In this document: piece by piece, positions 62,158 through 64,000 of the stretch
Position numbering within the stretch: the stretch's first letter is position 1
How the letters are laid out: every line of letters begins with the position of its first letter
Assembly (NCBI GenBank): GCA_030648835.1
Contig: JAUSGT010000002.1
Location: 437,458 to 501,457 of the forward strand
Length of the DNA: 64,000 bases
From: Candidatus Moraniibacteriota bacterium
GTDB taxonomy: Bacteria > Patescibacteriota > Minisyncoccia > Moranbacterales > UBA1568
Direction of reading: 5' to 3'
The notes under the pieces: model-generated
Database searches by the model: none
What the model saw: the letters and a program-made list of their open reading frames with translations, nothing else
What the model was told of the DNA's origin: nothing
Program-made: the position numbers and the translations under genes

Positions 62158-64000
62158 ATGTGGAGGGTAAAAAATATTACAAGGTTCAGTGCCTTGCTGT
62201 TTTTCGTATTTTTTTATTTCCTGTCATCTCCTTCTGCTTCCGCCACGACGACCGTTTCCGGGGTGCTCCTTGGCAGCGCTACGTGGACCAAAGCGAATGG
62301 ACCCTACCTTGTAAGAGAAGTCACCGTTCCCGTGGGAGCTACGCTTACTATCGAGCCAGGAACTGTCGTGAAGTTGAGTGGCGTCTCGGCGCTGTATGCT
62401 TTTGGCACTATTACGATAGGGGCGCCTGATGCCGAAAAAGTGATCATTACTTCATTTGCCGATGATACTGTCGGTGGAGATACGAATAATAATGGTTCTG
62501 CCACAGTCCCGACCCGGTTTGATTGGTGCAGTATCGGCGCTCATACGAAAGGGATTATCAATATCACGAATACCAGCATACGTTATGGCGGTTGCTCTGT
62601 GTATGGACAGGTATACAATTTTGGCGGCACCATCACTATTACCGATTCGCAGTTTTTGGACAGCGGACAATACGGCATTTTGAACGCCAGTGGAAAGCTT
62701 ACCCTTACTTCTTCTGAGGTCACTGGAGCGGAATATGGCGTCAGGTTCCATAGCGGTACCATAACCATGCGGGACAACAGTATCCATGACAACACGGCGT
62801 ATAGCCTCATCAATACTTCTCTCGCGCATACCGTCATCGACGCGACCAATAATTGGTGGGGTGACGCGACAGGTCCGTGGCATCTGACAAATATCAACGG
62901 TTTGGGAAACAAGGTTTCAAATTATGTCATATTCAATCCTTGGCTCGGGAGTGATCCGTCGCAGAAAATTGATCTTTGCGCCGAAAATTGTTTTTCCAGC
63001 GTGCTGTTTTTACCGGGATTGGAAGCCAGTCGCCTGTATACCGATGCTGGTCGAGTATGGGAACCACAGAGCGACACGGATGCCGAGAAATTGTATCTCG
63101 ATAGTGATGGGAAGAGCGTGCGCGGGGATATTTCCACAAAGGATGTCATTGACAACGCGTACGTACCGGTCAAGGGGAATATCTACCAATCATTTCTCGC
63201 CGATCTCGACCGTTGGAAGAACACCGATGGTCTCATAGCGGATTATGTTGTTGCCCCATACGATTGGCGGCTCTCTCTGGATGACATACTGAATAACGGC
63301 AAGAAAACAGGAGAAAATATTTCGTACACAGAGGCGACAGCATCCCCATATATTATAGAAGAATTGCGTCGTCTCGCGAGTACTTCGAAATCGGGCAAGG
63401 TCACCCTTATCGCGCATTCCAATGGAGGATTGGTAGCCAAGGCGCTCGTCAGCAAACTGGGAGCGGAAGCGGCCGAGCTTATCGATAAAATCGTTTTTGT
63501 GGCGGTACCGCAATCCGGAACGCCGCAAGCAATTGGCGCCATACTTCACGGATATGATCAGGGACTTCCCGTAAACTGGTTCCCTTTCGCCATGGCGCCG
63601 AAAACAGCGCGCACGTTGGCGCAGAATATGCCGAGCGTCTACAACCTCCTGCCATCGAGCGCGTATTTCTCGGGTAGCGGGAGCGGTACTACGACTCCGG
63701 TGGTTACTTTTGAAGATGGGGCGCTGACGGACACTTTCATCGGTAAATATGGCAAGAAGATCGATACCGCGTCCGAGCTGAACGATTTTCTCGTCGATAC
63801 TGATGGCAAGGTGGCGGCTGATTCCAGCGATACCGTCAGCCCGAGCAGGGTGAATCCCGGATTGCTTCTGGGTGGAAAAAATGCGCACCAGTCGCTGGAC
63901 GATTTGGTTATTCCGGCAGCCATCTCTGTGTACCAGATAGCCGGATTTGGAGAAGAAACGTTGGGGACGATCAAGTACTGGACCGGAAAAGAGTGTCTTC
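62158..64000 (+). CDS. Secreted protein with a signal peptide, parallel beta-helix repeats and a C-terminal alpha/beta-hydrolase (lipase/esterase-like, GxSxG) domain; 3' end beyond the window
   Basis: My own translation from the ATG at 62158 is open through 64000 with no stop: MWRVKNITRFSALLFFVFFYFLSSPSASA...; then TITITDSQFLDSGQYGILNASGKLTLTSSEV... and NNWWGDATGPW (beta-helix); then VTLIAHSNGGLVAKAL (nucleophile elbow). It is missing from the supplied ORF track, presumably because it has no in-window stop. Confidence 0.65.
   Translation, partial: MWRVKNITRFSALLFFVFFYFLSSPSASATTTVSGVLLGSATWTKANGPYLVREVTVPVGATLTIEPGTVVKLSGVSALYAFGTITIGAPDAEKVIITSFADDTVGGDTNNNGSATVPTRFDWCSIGAHTKGIINITNTSIRYGGCSVYGQVYNFGGTITITDSQFLDSGQYGILNASGKLTLTSSEVTGAEYGVRFHSGTITMRDNSIHDNTAYSLINTSLAHTVIDATNNWWGDATGPWHLTNINGLGNKVSNYVIFNPWLGSDPSQKIDLCAENCFSSVLFLPGLEASRLYTDAGRVWEPQSDTDAEKLYLDSDGKSVRGDISTKDVIDNAYVPVKGNIYQSFLADLDRWKNTDGLIADYVVAPYDWRLSLDDILNNGKKTGENISYTEATASPYIIEELRRLASTSKSGKVTLIAHSNGGLVAKALVSKLGAEAAELIDKIVFVAVPQSGTPQAIGAILHGYDQGLPVNWFPFAMAPKTARTLAQNMPSVYNLLPSSAYFSGSGSGTTTPVVTFEDGALTDTFIGKYGKKIDTASELNDFLVDTDGKVAADSSDTVSPSRVNPGLLLGGKNAHQSLDDLVIPAAISVYQIAGFGEETLGTIKYWTGKECL

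Noticed and set aside
62085-62429. 114-aa + ORF listed in the track at the start of the last gene region
   Set aside because: It is in a different frame from the long signal-peptide/beta-helix ORF that I translated from 62158. It is F/Y/R-rich, without motifs, and overlaps the promoter, so it is spurious.
1-64000. tRNA, rRNA, CRISPR array, integrase, transposase or prophage genes
   Set aside because: I scanned the intergenic spacers for cloverleaf-like GC-rich ~75-nt segments, the T-loop GGTTCGAATCC motif, regularly spaced direct repeats and recombinase motifs. None was found. The only stable RNA is RNase P RNA.

Overview
This 64 kb window is compact and gene-dense, with most genes on the + strand. 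No rRNA, tRNA, CRISPR array, integrase or transposase was seen. It looks like a reduced-genome bacterium. A CPR/Patescibacteria-like lineage is my inference from small divergent proteins, a sigma-70 region-4-only HTH protein, a C-terminal CxxC zinc-ribbon tail on a TraD-like ATPase and a membrane-anchored Clp-type ATPase.

Recognisable housekeeping genes are proS, a UMP-kinase-like gene, ispH, a riboflavin kinase domain, ribE, ribH, an FMN-adenylyltransferase-like gene on the opposite strand, dnaJ, recJ, rnhA, secD, secF, tyrS, tsaC, pheS, pheT and an RNase P RNA that I found by eye between pheT and a sugar transferase. There is also a cell-envelope glycosylation locus (GT4 and GT1 glycosyltransferases, a GT-C-like membrane glycosyltransferase, an epimerase and a polyprenyl glycosylphosphotransferase), two ABC-F ATPases and a MacAB-like exporter with two FtsX permeases.

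The most striking feature is a tandem array of six paralogous proteins at 12072-25588. Each ends in a conserved PEP-utilising-enzyme phosphohistidine swivel domain with the catalytic His retained. Only the first has the N-terminal ATP-grasp domain, giving a rifampin-phosphotransferase-like architecture. Three candidate phosphatases are interleaved with the array: an LMW-PTP, an HD-domain protein and an RHG-motif histidine-phosphatase-like protein.

Other points worth a second look:
- Three recurring intergenic repeat families: a ~70-nt imperfect hairpin element (one copy in-frame inside a glycosyltransferase), a composite leader-like module upstream of both ABC-F genes and dnaJ with compensatory stem changes, and AAGCTA-type short tandem repeats next to start codons.
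- A SecD with an inserted parvulin PPIase signature.
- A T4CP-like ATPase whose membrane domain appears to be a separate gene.
- A large secreted beta-helix plus lipase-like ORF at the 3' edge that is absent from the supplied ORF track.
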